DNA of 53,256 nucleotides from a bacterium UBP8_UBA817 (GTDB lineage Bacteria; Margulisbacteria; Marinamargulisbacteria; UBA817): NCBI GenBank assembly GCA_002296285.1, contig DBHX01000049.1, positions 1 to 53,256 of the forward strand, read 5' to 3'. Shown piece by piece: positions 9,624 to 19,808 of this stretch (position 1 is its first letter; each line of letters starts with the position of its first letter). The notes under the pieces were generated by a model. It saw only the letters and a program-made list of their open reading frames with translations, ran no database searches and was not told where the DNA came from. The position numbers and the translations under genes were made by a program.

Positions 9624-10428
9624 TATTGTACACTCGATGAATAGTTTCGATGGTTTTAATATGATTTGTCTTTGGGTCAACACCAATCATTACCGCCCCA
9701 ATAACCGATTGCTCTGGGTGTCTTACCGGTTGATGTCTCGCTGGAAGCTGATGAATAAACTTATCGATTGAAATGGTGGCATCCATGCCAATCACGGAAT
9801 CGAACGCGCCACACATCCCGATATCTGAAATATAGGCCGTTTTATTCGATAACCGACGATAATCATTGGTTTGAACATGTGTATGCGTTCCAAAAATTAA
9901 GGATACGCGATCCTTTAAATACCATCCCAAGGCTTGTTTTTCAGACGTTGTTTCTGCGTGAAAATCCACAATGATAATATCCGCCTCAATTTCACCCAAT
10001 AGTTTATCCATGGTCTCAAATGGGCAATACGGCATTTGTGTCATAAATACCCGGCCAATCAAATTGATTAGCGCAATGCGTTTGCCATCTTTCTCGAAAT
10101 ATCGAACCCCTTTACCCGGGTGAGAATCAGGAAAATTAACTGGGCGTACCAATCGATCATAAATATCAAATTTATCCATGACTTCCCGTTTAGCATAGAC
10201 GTGATTTCCTGAGGTAAATGCGTCCATTTTCATATGAATAAACTCATGATAAAGCTTATTGCTAAACCCAAATCCTGATGCCGAGTTTTCGATATTTGCG
10301 ATCACAAAGTCGATATGAAACTCGTTTCGGATGCCCTCAAGCTCATGTTGAAGGATATCACGGCCAGGTGCACCGACAATATCCCCCAAACAAAGAATAT
10401 TAAATGTATCCTTAGTGAGCAATGGCAA
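9610..10428 (-). CDS. ymdB: YmdB-family metallophosphoesterase
   Basis: GDIVGAPG, NIENSASG, TSGNH, VDFHAETTSEK, GTHTHVQT; downstream of rny. Confidence 0.93.
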   Translation of the reverse strand: MPLLTKDTFNILCLGDIVGAPGRDILQHELEGIRNEFHIDFVIANIENSASGFGFSNKLYHEFIHMKMDAFTSGNHVYAKREVMDKFDIYDRLVRPVNFPDSHPGKGVRYFEKDGKRIALINLIGRVFMTQMPYCPFETMDKLLGEIEADIIIVDFHAETTSEKQALGWYLKDRVSLIFGTHTHVQTNDYRRLSNKTAYISDIGMCGAFDSVIGMDATISIDKFIHQLPARHQPVRHPEQSVIGAVMIGVDPKTNHIKTIETIHRVYNNERN

Positions 10429-11935
10429 CCGCTCGAGTCTCTCTTACAAGATTAACTTTAACCTCGCCAGGATAATCCATTTCCCGCTCGATTCGCTCAG
10501 CAATGTCTTGAGACAACTTGTAAACCCCCTCATCCGACACATCCTCTGGACGAACCAATACTCGAACTTCACGTCCGGCTTGAATGGCATACACTTTATC
10601 CACGCCATCAAATTCCATGGCAATTTTCTCTAAGCTTTCCAACCGTTTCAAATACAATTCAACCGATTCTTTTCTAGCGCCCGGTCTTGCGGAAGATAGC
10701 GCATCAGACACCTTTACGATTACCGCTTCAACCGTATCCGGCTCCTCATCTTCATGGTGCGCCATAATACAGTTCAGAACTTCTGCTGATTCACCATATT
10801 TTCGACAAATTTCTGCTCCCAAATCGTCATGAGATCCTTCTTGAACAAAGTCAATCGCCTTTCCAATATCGTGAAGAACAGCCCCACGTTTGGCAAGTTC
10901 AACATCAACGCCCAAACGATCTGCAATAATGCCCGCAATTTTTGAACATTCAATGGAATGATCTAAAATATTTTGACCATAGCTGGTTCTATAATTTAAC
11001 CGCCCCAACATTTCAACAATATTGGGATCAAAATCCAGTCCCAACACATCCGCCGCTTTTTCTCCTTTTTGTTTAATCACTTGCTGAATCTCTTGATCTG
11101 CTTTTTGAAGTGCGTCTTCAACCCTTGCAGGATTGATTCGCCCATCATTGACCAATTTTTCCAAAGCAATGCGAGCGGTCTCACGCCGTATGGGATCAAA
11201 ACACGATAAAATGACACCATTCGGGGTATCATCAATCACAACATCCACACCTGATGATGTTTCAAATGCACGAATATTTCGTCCCTCTTTACCAATAATT
11301 CGCCCTTTCATTTCGTCATCTGGTAACGATACTACCGATGTGGTATTAGAACTGACTGTTTCAACCCCCAGTTTTTGAATCGCTTCAAGAACAATTTCTA
11401 CAGATCTCTGCTTTGCAACTTTACGGGCTTGGGCTTCAATGTTTTTGATTAAATTTCCAGCTCTTTTCTTAGCAACAACTTCAACATGCGAAATGAGTGA
11501 TTTTTCAGCTTCTTCACGCGTCAATGAAGCCACTGTCTCCAATTTATTAAACAATTGTTGCAACACGTCATCTTGTTTTTTTCTTAATTCTTTTACCCCA
11601 TCAAGCTTTTGCTCAAATTGATCTTGCAACCGCTCCACATCTTTTTTTGATTGCTGCACTTGCTGCTTTGACCGATTAACATCCGATTCAATCTCTTTTA
11701 ATTGGCGTTTCTTAAACGAAATATCTTCCTCAGCACGACGAATCATGGCTTTCGTTTCTTTTTCTGCTTGAAACTTGGCATCTCGAATGGATTTATCCGC
11801 TTGGCGGTTGGCTTCCTTGATAATGGTTTCTGATTTAATCCCAGCCAATTTCACTTTATTTATACGAACCGTTTGCACCACAGCTGCGATGATGCTGATT
11901 CCCAGTAGGCTTGATAAGCCTATAATGATCTCCAT
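10412..11935 (-). CDS. rny: Ribonuclease Y
   Basis: N-terminal TM, coiled coil, KH (MKGRIIGKEGRNIR), HD domain (LHDIGK), DALSSARPGAR. Confidence 0.97.
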   Translation of the reverse strand: MEIIIGLSSLLGISIIAAVVQTVRINKVKLAGIKSETIIKEANRQADKSIRDAKFQAEKETKAMIRRAEEDISFKKRQLKEIESDVNRSKQQVQQSKKDVERLQDQFEQKLDGVKELRKKQDDVLQQLFNKLETVASLTREEAEKSLISHVEVVAKKRAGNLIKNIEAQARKVAKQRSVEIVLEAIQKLGVETVSSNTTSVVSLPDDEMKGRIIGKEGRNIRAFETSSGVDVVIDDTPNGVILSCFDPIRRETARIALEKLVNDGRINPARVEDALQKADQEIQQVIKQKGEKAADVLGLDFDPNIVEMLGRLNYRTSYGQNILDHSIECSKIAGIIADRLGVDVELAKRGAVLHDIGKAIDFVQEGSHDDLGAEICRKYGESAEVLNCIMAHHEDEEPDTVEAVIVKVSDALSSARPGARKESVELYLKRLESLEKIAMEFDGVDKVYAIQAGREVRVLVRPEDVSDEGVYKLSQDIAERIEREMDYPGEVKVNLVRETRAVAIAH

Positions 11936-11938
11936 AAT

Positions 11939-12958
11939 TTACCCTTCCTTTTTTGTTTGGCCTGATTTTAGTTGATTCACTTTTTCCTTAATTTCTTTCT
12001 CAACTTCGGCCGCTAATTTTTCCGACTCTTTTAAATATTGCTTGGCCGATTCACGACCTTGTCCCATTTTTTCTTTCTTGCAGGAAAACCACGTCCCGCT
12101 TTTTTCAATTACACCAAAATTGCACCCTAAATCTAACAGATCGCCTTCTCTAGATATGCCTTTTCCAAATACAATATCAAACTCGGTAAATTTAAATGGC
12201 GGTGCAATTTTATTTTTGACCACTTTAACACGAACACGATTCCCAATTACATCAACCCCCGACTTAATGGATTCAATTCGGCGAATTTCCATTCGAACAG
12301 AAGAATAAAATTTTAAGGCACGTCCACCAGGAGTCACTTCTGGATTTCCGAACATCACGCCAATTTTTTCTCGAACCTGATTTACAAAAATAACCACACA
12401 ATTTGATTTTTTAACAATTCCCGTTAATTTTCTTAACGCTTGGGACATTAACCTGGCTTGTAGGCCAACGTGACTATCCCCCATATCTCCTTCAATTTCA
12501 TTTTTTGGAACCAATGCGGCAACAGAGTCCACAACAATTAAATCAACGGCGCCTGAACGAACCAATGTTTCAGAAATCTCCAATGCCTGCTCACCATAAT
12601 CGGGCTGTGACAATAGTAAAGCATCGGTATCAACACCTAAATTCTGAGCATAGACTGGATCCAATGCATGCTCAACATCAATAAATGCGCATGTTCCACC
12701 ATTTTTTTGGGCCTCTGCAATGGCATGAAGCGTTAATGTTGTTTTACCAGAGGACTCTGGACCATACACTTCAGTGATTCTTCCTTTTGGATAACCCCCG
12801 CCACCCAATGCAAGGTTTAATGATAACGCTCCCGTAGAAACGGTTTCGATATTAAATAATTGATTGCTATCTCCCAACCTCATAATCGAGCCTTTACCAA
12901 AACTTTTTTCAATTTGTGACAATGCAATGGTTAATGCTTTTTTCTTGTTCTCATCCAT
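11939..12958 (-). CDS. recA: Recombinase A
   Basis: [41 protein letters not shown]. Confidence 0.99.
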   Translation of the reverse strand: MDENKKKALTIALSQIEKSFGKGSIMRLGDSNQLFNIETVSTGALSLNLALGGGGYPKGRITEVYGPESSGKTTLTLHAIAEAQKNGGTCAFIDVEHALDPVYAQNLGVDTDALLLSQPDYGEQALEISETLVRSGAVDLIVVDSVAALVPKNEIEGDMGDSHVGLQARLMSQALRKLTGIVKKSNCVVIFVNQVREKIGVMFGNPEVTPGGRALKFYSSVRMEIRRIESIKSGVDVIGNRVRVKVVKNKIAPPFKFTEFDIVFGKGISREGDLLDLGCNFGVIEKSGTWFSCKKEKMGQGRESAKQYLKESEKLAAEVEKEIKEKVNQLKSGQTKKEG

Positions 12959-12962
12959 AATA

Positions 12963-13526
12963 TTATTCTTCCTTTCTTAATTCATTTTTGATATATCTTA
13001 AACACATTGATAATGCGATAAAAATTGACGTATTGATCACATTATTTCTACCCCCCTCAAGTTTATATCGCTTTGTTTTTTTTATTTTATCATGAATATT
13101 CCATGATAAAAAAACAGTTCCTGATTGATCGGCCGAATACTGATCACTTTTAGGCCCTGCAATGCCATTGGATGCAATTGAAATATCTGATTTTGTCATT
13201 TTTTTCATGCCCGCCGCCATCTCTTCCGTTACCGAGGCACTCACGATACCATGCTCAAGAATTGTTTTAGGATTCACCAGCCCATATTGAACCTTTAGAC
13301 GAGAGTGATAGGCAATCACACCCCCCAAGAAATAATCTGAACATCCGGGAGTTTCCACTAGTTTCCTAGCAATTCCGCCGCCAGTCATTGACTCTATCAC
13401 TGAAATGGTTAATTTTTTAGCGGACAATATTGCAGCCAACTCGGCCATTGTTTCAGTCCCCTTATCCAATTCATTTTCAAGATAGTGATCGAAACTTATG
13501 CGTTCATCAATAGTTTTTGCTTGCAT
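12963..13526 (-). CDS. cinA: CinA/PncC-family nicotinamide mononucleotide deamidase domain protein
   Basis: [36 protein letters not shown]; upstream of recA. Start uncertain. Confidence 0.85.
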   Translation of the reverse strand: MQAKTIDERISFDHYLENELDKGTETMAELAAILSAKKLTISVIESMTGGGIARKLVETPGCSDYFLGGVIAYHSRLKVQYGLVNPKTILEHGIVSASVTEEMAAGMKKMTKSDISIASNGIAGPKSDQYSADQSGTVFLSWNIHDKIKKTKRYKLEGGRNNVINTSIFIALSMCLRYIKNELRKEE

Positions 13527-14671
13527 TCTTTTAACTGCTGAACCTTGTTCAACGCCTCCCAAGGAAACTCAACATCTGAACGCCCAAAATGACCATATGC
13601 TGCAGACTTTGCGTATATGGGTTGCAATAAATTTAATGAATCAATAATTTCTTTTGGCTTAAACCCAAATGTTTCTTTAATAATTGTCAATAAATCATGA
13701 TTGGACAATTCCGATGAGCCAAATGTATTCACTTTGATGGATACAGGCTCGGCAACGCCAATGGCGTAGGCAATTTGAACTTCCATTTCTCTACACAATC
13801 CAGCAGCCACACAATTTTTAGCGACATAACGCGCCATGTATGCCGCTGATCGATCAATCTTTGATGGATCTTTTCCAGAAAATGCACCGCCACCATGAGG
13901 TACCCAGCCACCATACGTGTCCACAACAATTTTCCGACCCGTTAACCCGGCATCTCCTTGGGGTCCACCCACCACAAATCGACCGGTGGGGTTAATATAA
14001 ATGGTTGGTGGCTCCGGCAATAAATTCTCAGGAATCACCTTATCAATTAAATGTCTTTTAATATCATCCTGAATTTGCTCATGCGTCGCATTTGGATGGT
14101 GTTGTGTCGACACAACCACCGCGGATACGCGCATTGGCTCACGTTGTTCGTTGTATTCAACGGTCACTTGAGCTTTGGAATCCGGTCGCAAATAGGTCAA
14201 TACATTTTCTTTGCGCAATTTGGCCAATTCATACACCAACTGATGCGATAGCATGATCGGTAATGGCATGTACGCTTTGGTTTGATCACAGGCATAGCCA
14301 AATGTTAGGCCTTGATCTCCGGCACCTTGTTCTTTAAATGCCCCATCGTTTTCGTTGACCCCTTGGGCAATATCTGGGGATTGGCGATTCAAAACCACCA
14401 AAATGGCACACGACTTTGCATCCAAGCCAATTTCTGGATGCACATACCCGATGGTCTCCAGCTTTTTTCGCACAACATCTTGAACATCCACCTGGGCTTT
14501 GGTTGTTACTTCACCACCAACAACCACTAAACCCGTGGTAATAAAACATTCAACAGCAACCCTTGAAGATGGGTCTTGCTCGAAAAATGCGTCCAATAAC
14601 GTATCGGATAATTGATCGCAAAGCTTGTCTGGATGGCCTTCTGACACTGATTCTGATGTAAATAGAAACAT
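13496..14671 (-). CDS. metK: S-adenosylmethionine synthetase
   Basis: FTSESVSEGHPDK, GAGDQG, GGGAFSGKDPSK, AAYGHFGR; GGAGG RBS supports ATG at 14671. Confidence 0.98.
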   Translation of the reverse strand: MFLFTSESVSEGHPDKLCDQLSDTLLDAFFEQDPSSRVAVECFITTGLVVVGGEVTTKAQVDVQDVVRKKLETIGYVHPEIGLDAKSCAILVVLNRQSPDIAQGVNENDGAFKEQGAGDQGLTFGYACDQTKAYMPLPIMLSHQLVYELAKLRKENVLTYLRPDSKAQVTVEYNEQREPMRVSAVVVSTQHHPNATHEQIQDDIKRHLIDKVIPENLLPEPPTIYINPTGRFVVGGPQGDAGLTGRKIVVDTYGGWVPHGGGAFSGKDPSKIDRSAAYMARYVAKNCVAAGLCREMEVQIAYAIGVAEPVSIKVNTFGSSELSNHDLLTIIKETFGFKPKEIIDSLNLLQPIYAKSAAYGHFGRSDVEFPWEALNKVQQLKECKQKLLMNA

Positions 14672-14744
14672 TCGAAATTCCTCCTTCAATATAGGCTTTT
14701 ATATTACACCAAACCAGCGGTTTCATCAAAACCAAAAAACAGCA

Positions 14745-15695
14745 TTAATTTACTGGCGTGCAAAGTGCTAAGGACAACGCTTCGGTCGCCTGTTCGGGGC
14801 AAATAAAGGGGTCTGTTTTATGAATGATGGCATCAACAAAGGCACGACACTCTTGAACAATGGGCTCTTTACGATCGATATCTACGGCGTGAGGGTCCCC
14901 CAAAGGCAACGATACGTAATCGTCGCCCTTGTCAACTTGAACATCATAATATGTCATGGATTGCTGGATACAATCAATGATGGCAATGCCTTGATCCCCA
15001 ACAATTTCAACCTCGCGATGCTTAAATGGCAACGCCCAACTGACATGAATATTGACCATTAATTTTTGTTCAAACTGCAACATTAAATGCCCATAATCGG
15101 CACGATCATCACAGTGAATATTATGAGTATAAACATCCGACTGGATCAATTTGGATGACACCAAAAACTGAACAATATCAATATCATGAACCGCTACATC
15201 AACCAATACATCCGCATCTTTAATCTGCTTTGGAAACGGACCATAACGTTTGCATTGCACGGCATGAATTCGACCAAGCTTTCCCTGATCTATGTACTCT
15301 TTGGCTTTTAAAATGGCGGGGTTAAATCGCTCGATGTGCCCGACGGTTAATAATACATTTTTTTCTCTGGCATACTGAACCAATTTTTTAGCTTCCTCGA
15401 CCGATTCTGCGATGGGTTTTTCAACCAATACGGCAATCCCATGATCAATGCATTGTTTTGCGACCACATGGTGCTGGGATGTTGGCACACAAATACTCAC
15501 AGCATCGAGATCTTCATTCTTTAACATGTCAGCAACCAAAGGATAATATTTGGTATCTGGTTCTTTAATTATGGCATCAAAACCTTCAAGATTTGAATCA
15601 CAGGCCGCAACAAACTGAACTTGTTCAAGTGTCGTGTAGGCTTTGGCATGATGTTGCCCCATATTTCCACAACCAATAACTGCAACTTTTAACAT
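14745..15695 (-). CDS. Gfo/Idh/MocA-family NAD-dependent oxidoreductase (nucleotide-sugar 3-dehydrogenase-like)
   Basis: VIGCGNMG, VLVEKP, VGHIERFNPA, DVAVHDID. Confidence 0.88.
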   Translation of the reverse strand: MLKVAVIGCGNMGQHHAKAYTTLEQVQFVAACDSNLEGFDAIIKEPDTKYYPLVADMLKNEDLDAVSICVPTSQHHVVAKQCIDHGIAVLVEKPIAESVEEAKKLVQYAREKNVLLTVGHIERFNPAILKAKEYIDQGKLGRIHAVQCKRYGPFPKQIKDADVLVDVAVHDIDIVQFLVSSKLIQSDVYTHNIHCDDRADYGHLMLQFEQKLMVNIHVSWALPFKHREVEIVGDQGIAIIDCIQQSMTYYDVQVDKGDDYVSLPLGDPHAVDIDRKEPIVQECRAFVDAIIHKTDPFICPEQATEALSLALCTPVN

Positions 15696-15699
15696 ATGA

Positions 15700-16716
15700 T
15701 TATTTTAAATAAGTTTTGACTAATTCACAAATGATATTCATGTCCGCCACTGGATCGGGCGCTAATTCATGTGAGATTTTTTTATTCATTGTTTTTATTT
15801 GCTCTGCAATATGGACCATCGATAATTCTGATTCAGGAATCCAACAGCTATTGGGGTGGCTTTTAACAAACTCAATGGCATTGATTTCTTGATGATCATC
15901 CATGGCAAATGGAAATGGAACTAAAATGCTTGGAATTTGTTGATAATGAATTTCAGATAGCGTCGTTGCGCCCGATCGGCACAATACAATGCTCGCTTTT
16001 TCATAGGCCAGCATCATGTTATTTAAATATGGCAATGCCACATAAGTATGGTCATCCACCGTTTCAGAAATACAATCTTTTTCACTCAAAAAACGAGGCC
16101 CTGTTAAATGAATAATATTCATACCCAACGCCATGATCTGATGCCGATTGGTGTGTATGAAGGCATTAATCTTTGCAGCCCCTTGACTTCCCCCCACCAC
16201 CAGCAGTGTGGGCTTTTTTATTTTATTCCACTCCGAAGGCAATCGATCGTTGGTGGGGTAATTGATTCGCATTGGATTTCCCAAGCAACGAACTTTTGAC
16301 TTTAAAATAATCCCATGCTTGGCGGATTCAAAGGCTGTGATTATTTTTTTTGAAAACCATTGAATTGCACGGGTGGCACGGCCGGGGATGGCATTTTGCT
16401 CAAATGAAATGACGGGCACGCGTAAACACCATGCCACCACAGCAAATGGAATGCAAATGCCTCCCCCCATGGCCATCACCAGTTTGGGACGATGCGTTAA
16501 AAATACCATCATTATTTTGCCAATGACGATTGGAAATAAGATCAATGCTTTTATTGAGAAGCCAATCACTTGATATGAGAATTGGTACGCATTTAAAATA
16601 TCTTTTGCAGGGTGCGGTCTTGAAACAATGAAGTGAGCGGACTCATTGAATGCTTGAGCCATGGCTATCCCGGGGTAAATATGCCCTCCTGTGGCACCTG
16701 AAACATAAAGAATCAT
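15700..16716 (-). CDS. murG: Lipid II N-acetylglucosaminyltransferase
   Basis: GATGGHIYPG, EQNAIPGRA, GNP, VGGSQGA, RSGATT, DHQEINA; start set at MILYVSG. Confidence 0.94.
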   Translation of the reverse strand: MILYVSGATGGHIYPGIAMAQAFNESAHFIVSRPHPAKDILNAYQFSYQVIGFSIKALILFPIVIGKIMMVFLTHRPKLVMAMGGGICIPFAVVAWCLRVPVISFEQNAIPGRATRAIQWFSKKIITAFESAKHGIILKSKVRCLGNPMRINYPTNDRLPSEWNKIKKPTLLVVGGSQGAAKINAFIHTNRHQIMALGMNIIHLTGPRFLSEKDCISETVDDHTYVALPYLNNMMLAYEKASIVLCRSGATTLSEIHYQQIPSILVPFPFAMDDHQEINAIEFVKSHPNSCWIPESELSMVHIAEQIKTMNKKISHELAPDPVADMNIICELVKTYLK

Positions 16717-17813
16717 TTGGTGGTTCCTATTCGATGTATCACCCCCAAGCAATACAAAGAGGACAATAGCGAGGTCCCACCATAACTAATAAAGGTTAAG
16801 GGAATCCCAGTGATTGGAAATAGTCCGGACACCACACAAATGTTAATAATGGCTTGAAAAATCAAGTAAAATGTTAATGATAGGGCGACAAATTGTTCGA
16901 AGGAGTATTGTTTTTTTTGCAATGCAATTTGAATCCCTCGAATAAAAATGGCTCCGAACCCACATACAACTACCACAGCTAAAAACAATCCTCCTTCTTC
17001 ACATAAAATCGAAAATATAAAATCAGAGTAATGCAATGGGAGATAAAAATACTTCAGCCGTGACTCCCCAATCCCAAACCCAAATATTCCTCCAGACCCA
17101 ATGGCTGTAAACGATTGAATAATATGATAGTTTGCCCCTAGTGGGTCCAACCAAGGGTTTAAAAAAGAACGAATTCGATCCATTTGATAGGGGTGCGTTA
17201 ATACAGAATAGGTGACAATCCCCCCCCCCATCACACTGGCCAATAAAAACACAACCGCTGGAAGTTGAGATAATAGTAACAATGAAAATCCAACCGTTAA
17301 TGTTAGAATAGCATTCCCTAAATCCGGCTGAAGCATTAAGCACAAAATAGGAATGAGCATAATCATAAAAACTGGCAACATACCTGTAGAAAATGAGTTT
17401 AATTTAGGGGTTTTTTTGGCCAATACAAGGCTAACTGAAATGGCCCACCAAAACTTCATGACCTCTACGGGTTGAAATTGAAATCCAAACACATTCAACC
17501 ACCGTTGGGCCCCACCAATTTTGATCCCAACCCCTGGGATTAGGGTAATAAGCAATAATCCAACCGATACCAAATACCCTGGAAGCGCCCATTTTTTATA
17601 CCGCTTGATTGGAATATAGGCACCGATAAAAAAAAGCACAATACCAAGCATTAAAAAGATTGATTGACGTTTAATAAAAAAATAAGCGTCATCATACTCA
17701 GATAACCCTTTGAATGACGTGGTTGAAAAAATCATGATGTAACCAATGACCAATAGCAATATTGTGGGCACAATCAGGCGCCAATCCATGGATTTAAATG
17801 ATTTCTTGAACAT
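16713..17813 (-). CDS. ftsW: SEDS-family cell division protein FtsW
   Basis: GAQRWL, FQPVEVMK, QPDLG, GSGGIFGFG, DFIFSILCEEGG, PITGIPLTFISYGGTS; dcw position. The long N-terminal extension in the ORF track overlaps murD and is probably spurious. Confidence 0.93.
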   Translation of the reverse strand: MFKKSFKSMDWRLIVPTILLLVIGYIMIFSTTSFKGLSEYDDAYFFIKRQSIFLMLGIVLFFIGAYIPIKRYKKWALPGYLVSVGLLLITLIPGVGIKIGGAQRWLNVFGFQFQPVEVMKFWWAISVSLVLAKKTPKLNSFSTGMLPVFMIMLIPILCLMLQPDLGNAILTLTVGFSLLLLSQLPAVVFLLASVMGGGIVTYSVLTHPYQMDRIRSFLNPWLDPLGANYHIIQSFTAIGSGGIFGFGIGESRLKYFYLPLHYSDFIFSILCEEGGLFLAVVVVCGFGAIFIRGIQIALQKKQYSFEQFVALSLTFYLIFQAIINICVVSGLFPITGIPLTFISYGGTSLLSSLYCLGVIHRIGTTK

Positions 17814-18924
17814 ACCGATTAAACGCTTGGCCTCGATCAATGTAGTTTTGAAACTCATCAAAACTTGCCCCTGATGGTGAAAACAAAATGGTGCCACACG
17901 ACATGGCCTTGATGGCCGATTGAGTGGCCTCTTTAAGATGATCAAAAAACACAATTTTCTTGGCGGCACTTTCAGGAAATACGTGCTTGTTTTGTGATAA
18001 AAATCCTGCCGCATACACCGTATGGCATTCGTTAAAAATGCCATTGATCCAGTCCTCCGAGTAAGATTCTTTGGGCTCGCCACATAAAATCAATAATTTA
18101 TCCCCTGAAAAACTGTTCACCGCGGCCATTGTTGCCGCCATATTGGTGGCTTTTGAATCATTAATAATGGTAAGACCATGCTCTGAATAAATGGACTCGC
18201 ATCGAAACGGTGGTAACTCAAATGAACTCATGGCCTGATGAAGGGGGGCCATCATGATGCCAAGATGGGTCAATACATCGTGTATAATGGCTGAATTTTT
18301 CTCATTATGATGCCCCAAAAACTGTGGCCAACCAGGAACCGGCAATGATTCAATCACTCTTGCTGTTGTGGTCTGAAATAGATCCGCCAATCGTTGTGGT
18401 AGGTACACGGTTTGATTGGGTGATTGAATAATATTTTTTTTTGCATTGATGTAGTGATCCAATGATTCATGCCAGTCCAAATGATCCGGTTCTATGTTCA
18501 TAATAATGGCCACATCGCAATACAGAGATGGGGATGAAAATAGTTGAAAACTGCTCAGTTCAAGAATAATATACGCTTCATTTTGGGCATGATCTATATT
18601 GGCAATTAACGGCGTCCCGATATTTCCATATGGGTTTTGGTTTAAGGCATGGGCGATGCCCGCTGTCACGGTTGTCTTTCCATTGGTTCCCGTAACCCCA
18701 ATGATTACTGGCTGTTTTTTTCTTTGTTTTATGATTCGGTAAGCAAATTCGATATCGGATATAATCTCAGCGGTTGTTTTTGGCCAGTCTCGAGGTGGAA
18801 TTCCTGGGCTTGTAACGACAATATCTGCGTCTTCAACCGGAACTTCCACCATGTCATTGGACGATGACAGAAAGTCTCGAACGGCCGTTGCCGTAATGCC
18901 ATTTCCTAAGACCCCTATTTTCAT
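17794..18924 (-). CDS. murD: UDP-MurNAc-L-Ala:D-Glu ligase
   Basis: SPGIP, GVTGTNGKTT, GNIG, LELSSFQL, PDHLDWH, NDSKATN, FSPSGASFDEF. Confidence 0.95.
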   Translation of the reverse strand: MKIGVLGNGITATAVRDFLSSSNDMVEVPVEDADIVVTSPGIPPRDWPKTTAEIISDIEFAYRIIKQRKKQPVIIGVTGTNGKTTVTAGIAHALNQNPYGNIGTPLIANIDHAQNEAYIILELSSFQLFSSPSLYCDVAIIMNIEPDHLDWHESLDHYINAKKNIIQSPNQTVYLPQRLADLFQTTTARVIESLPVPGWPQFLGHHNEKNSAIIHDVLTHLGIMMAPLHQAMSSFELPPFRCESIYSEHGLTIINDSKATNMAATMAAVNSFSGDKLLILCGEPKESYSEDWINGIFNECHTVYAAGFLSQNKHVFPESAAKKIVFFDHLKEATQSAIKAMSCGTILFSPSGASFDEFQNYIDRGQAFNRYVQEII

Positions 18925-19808
18925 ATGACCTGCACGAATGAAAACACGGCTTGAATGGCCGCAAACAACACCACAACATCCCGGTCGTTCATTCCCAATA
19001 ATTCAAAATGATGATGCAATGGCGTCATTAAAAACACACGCTTTTTTCTTAACTTATATGATGCCACCTGAATGATCACACTTAACGTTTCAATGACATA
19101 GATCGCGCCAAACCCAATGAGCATCCACCATACACCAGAGGATATGGCCAATGCCGACAAAAACCCGCCCAGCATTAACGACCCAACATCCCCCATAAAA
19201 ATCTTGGCGGGGTGCCAATTGAACAGTAAAAAAAAGGCAATTGCCGCCATCATGATGTAGGTTAAATGAATTTCTTCATATAACCAACGCGAATGAAGTA
19301 CAGCCAAAATCCCGGTGAGGGACACCAACATGGTGGTGCCAAGTAATCCATCAACGCCATCGGTTAAGTTGGTGGCATTGGATGTTCCCGTCAGCAAAAA
19401 CACAAAGATGACGGCTTCAACCCATGATATTGGCAATACCCACAGGTACAACACCACAACCAAGACTGATGACCCAATGATCTGAAGCAGAAACTTTGAT
19501 CGGGCGGATAATCCCTTGTTGGATTTTCGCTTTAATGACAACCCATCATCCAAGGCTCCAATTAGAAAAAACAATGTGGTGGCGGCAACAATCCACAGGG
19601 TATTCAGGGTCCATTTGCCCAACAAAATTGCGCCAATAAGGAAACTGATGTAAATAAAAATCCCTCCCATGGTTGGTGTTCCCTGTTTCACTTGATGGTG
19701 ATCTGGCGAATCCTCATAAATGCGTTGATTGAGCGCTCTTGATTGAAACCATTGAATCCCCCATCGGAACAAAAAAATACACCCAATGGCCCACGCTGTC
19801 CAAATCAA
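18921..19808 (-). CDS. mraY: Phospho-MurNAc-pentapeptide transferase
   Basis: KQGTPTMGG, GALDD, NATNLTDGVDGL, PAKIFMGDVGS, PLHHHFEL. Confidence 0.96.
   Translation of the reverse strand: MIWTAWAIGCIFLFRWGIQWFQSRALNQRIYEDSPDHHQVKQGTPTMGGIFIYISFLIGAILLGKWTLNTLWIVAATTLFFLIGALDDGLSLKRKSNKGLSARSKFLLQIIGSSVLVVVLYLWVLPISWVEAVIFVFLLTGTSNATNLTDGVDGLLGTTMLVSLTGILAVLHSRWLYEEIHLTYIMMAAIAFFLLFNWHPAKIFMGDVGSLMLGGFLSALAISSGVWWMLIGFGAIYVIETLSVIIQVASYKLRKKRVFLMTPLHHHFELLGMNDRDVVVLFAAIQAVFSFVQVI

Noticed and set aside
17814-18083. 90-aa N-terminal extension of FtsW in the ORF track
   Set aside because: Lies entirely within murD in another frame; FtsW similarity begins near MDWRL.
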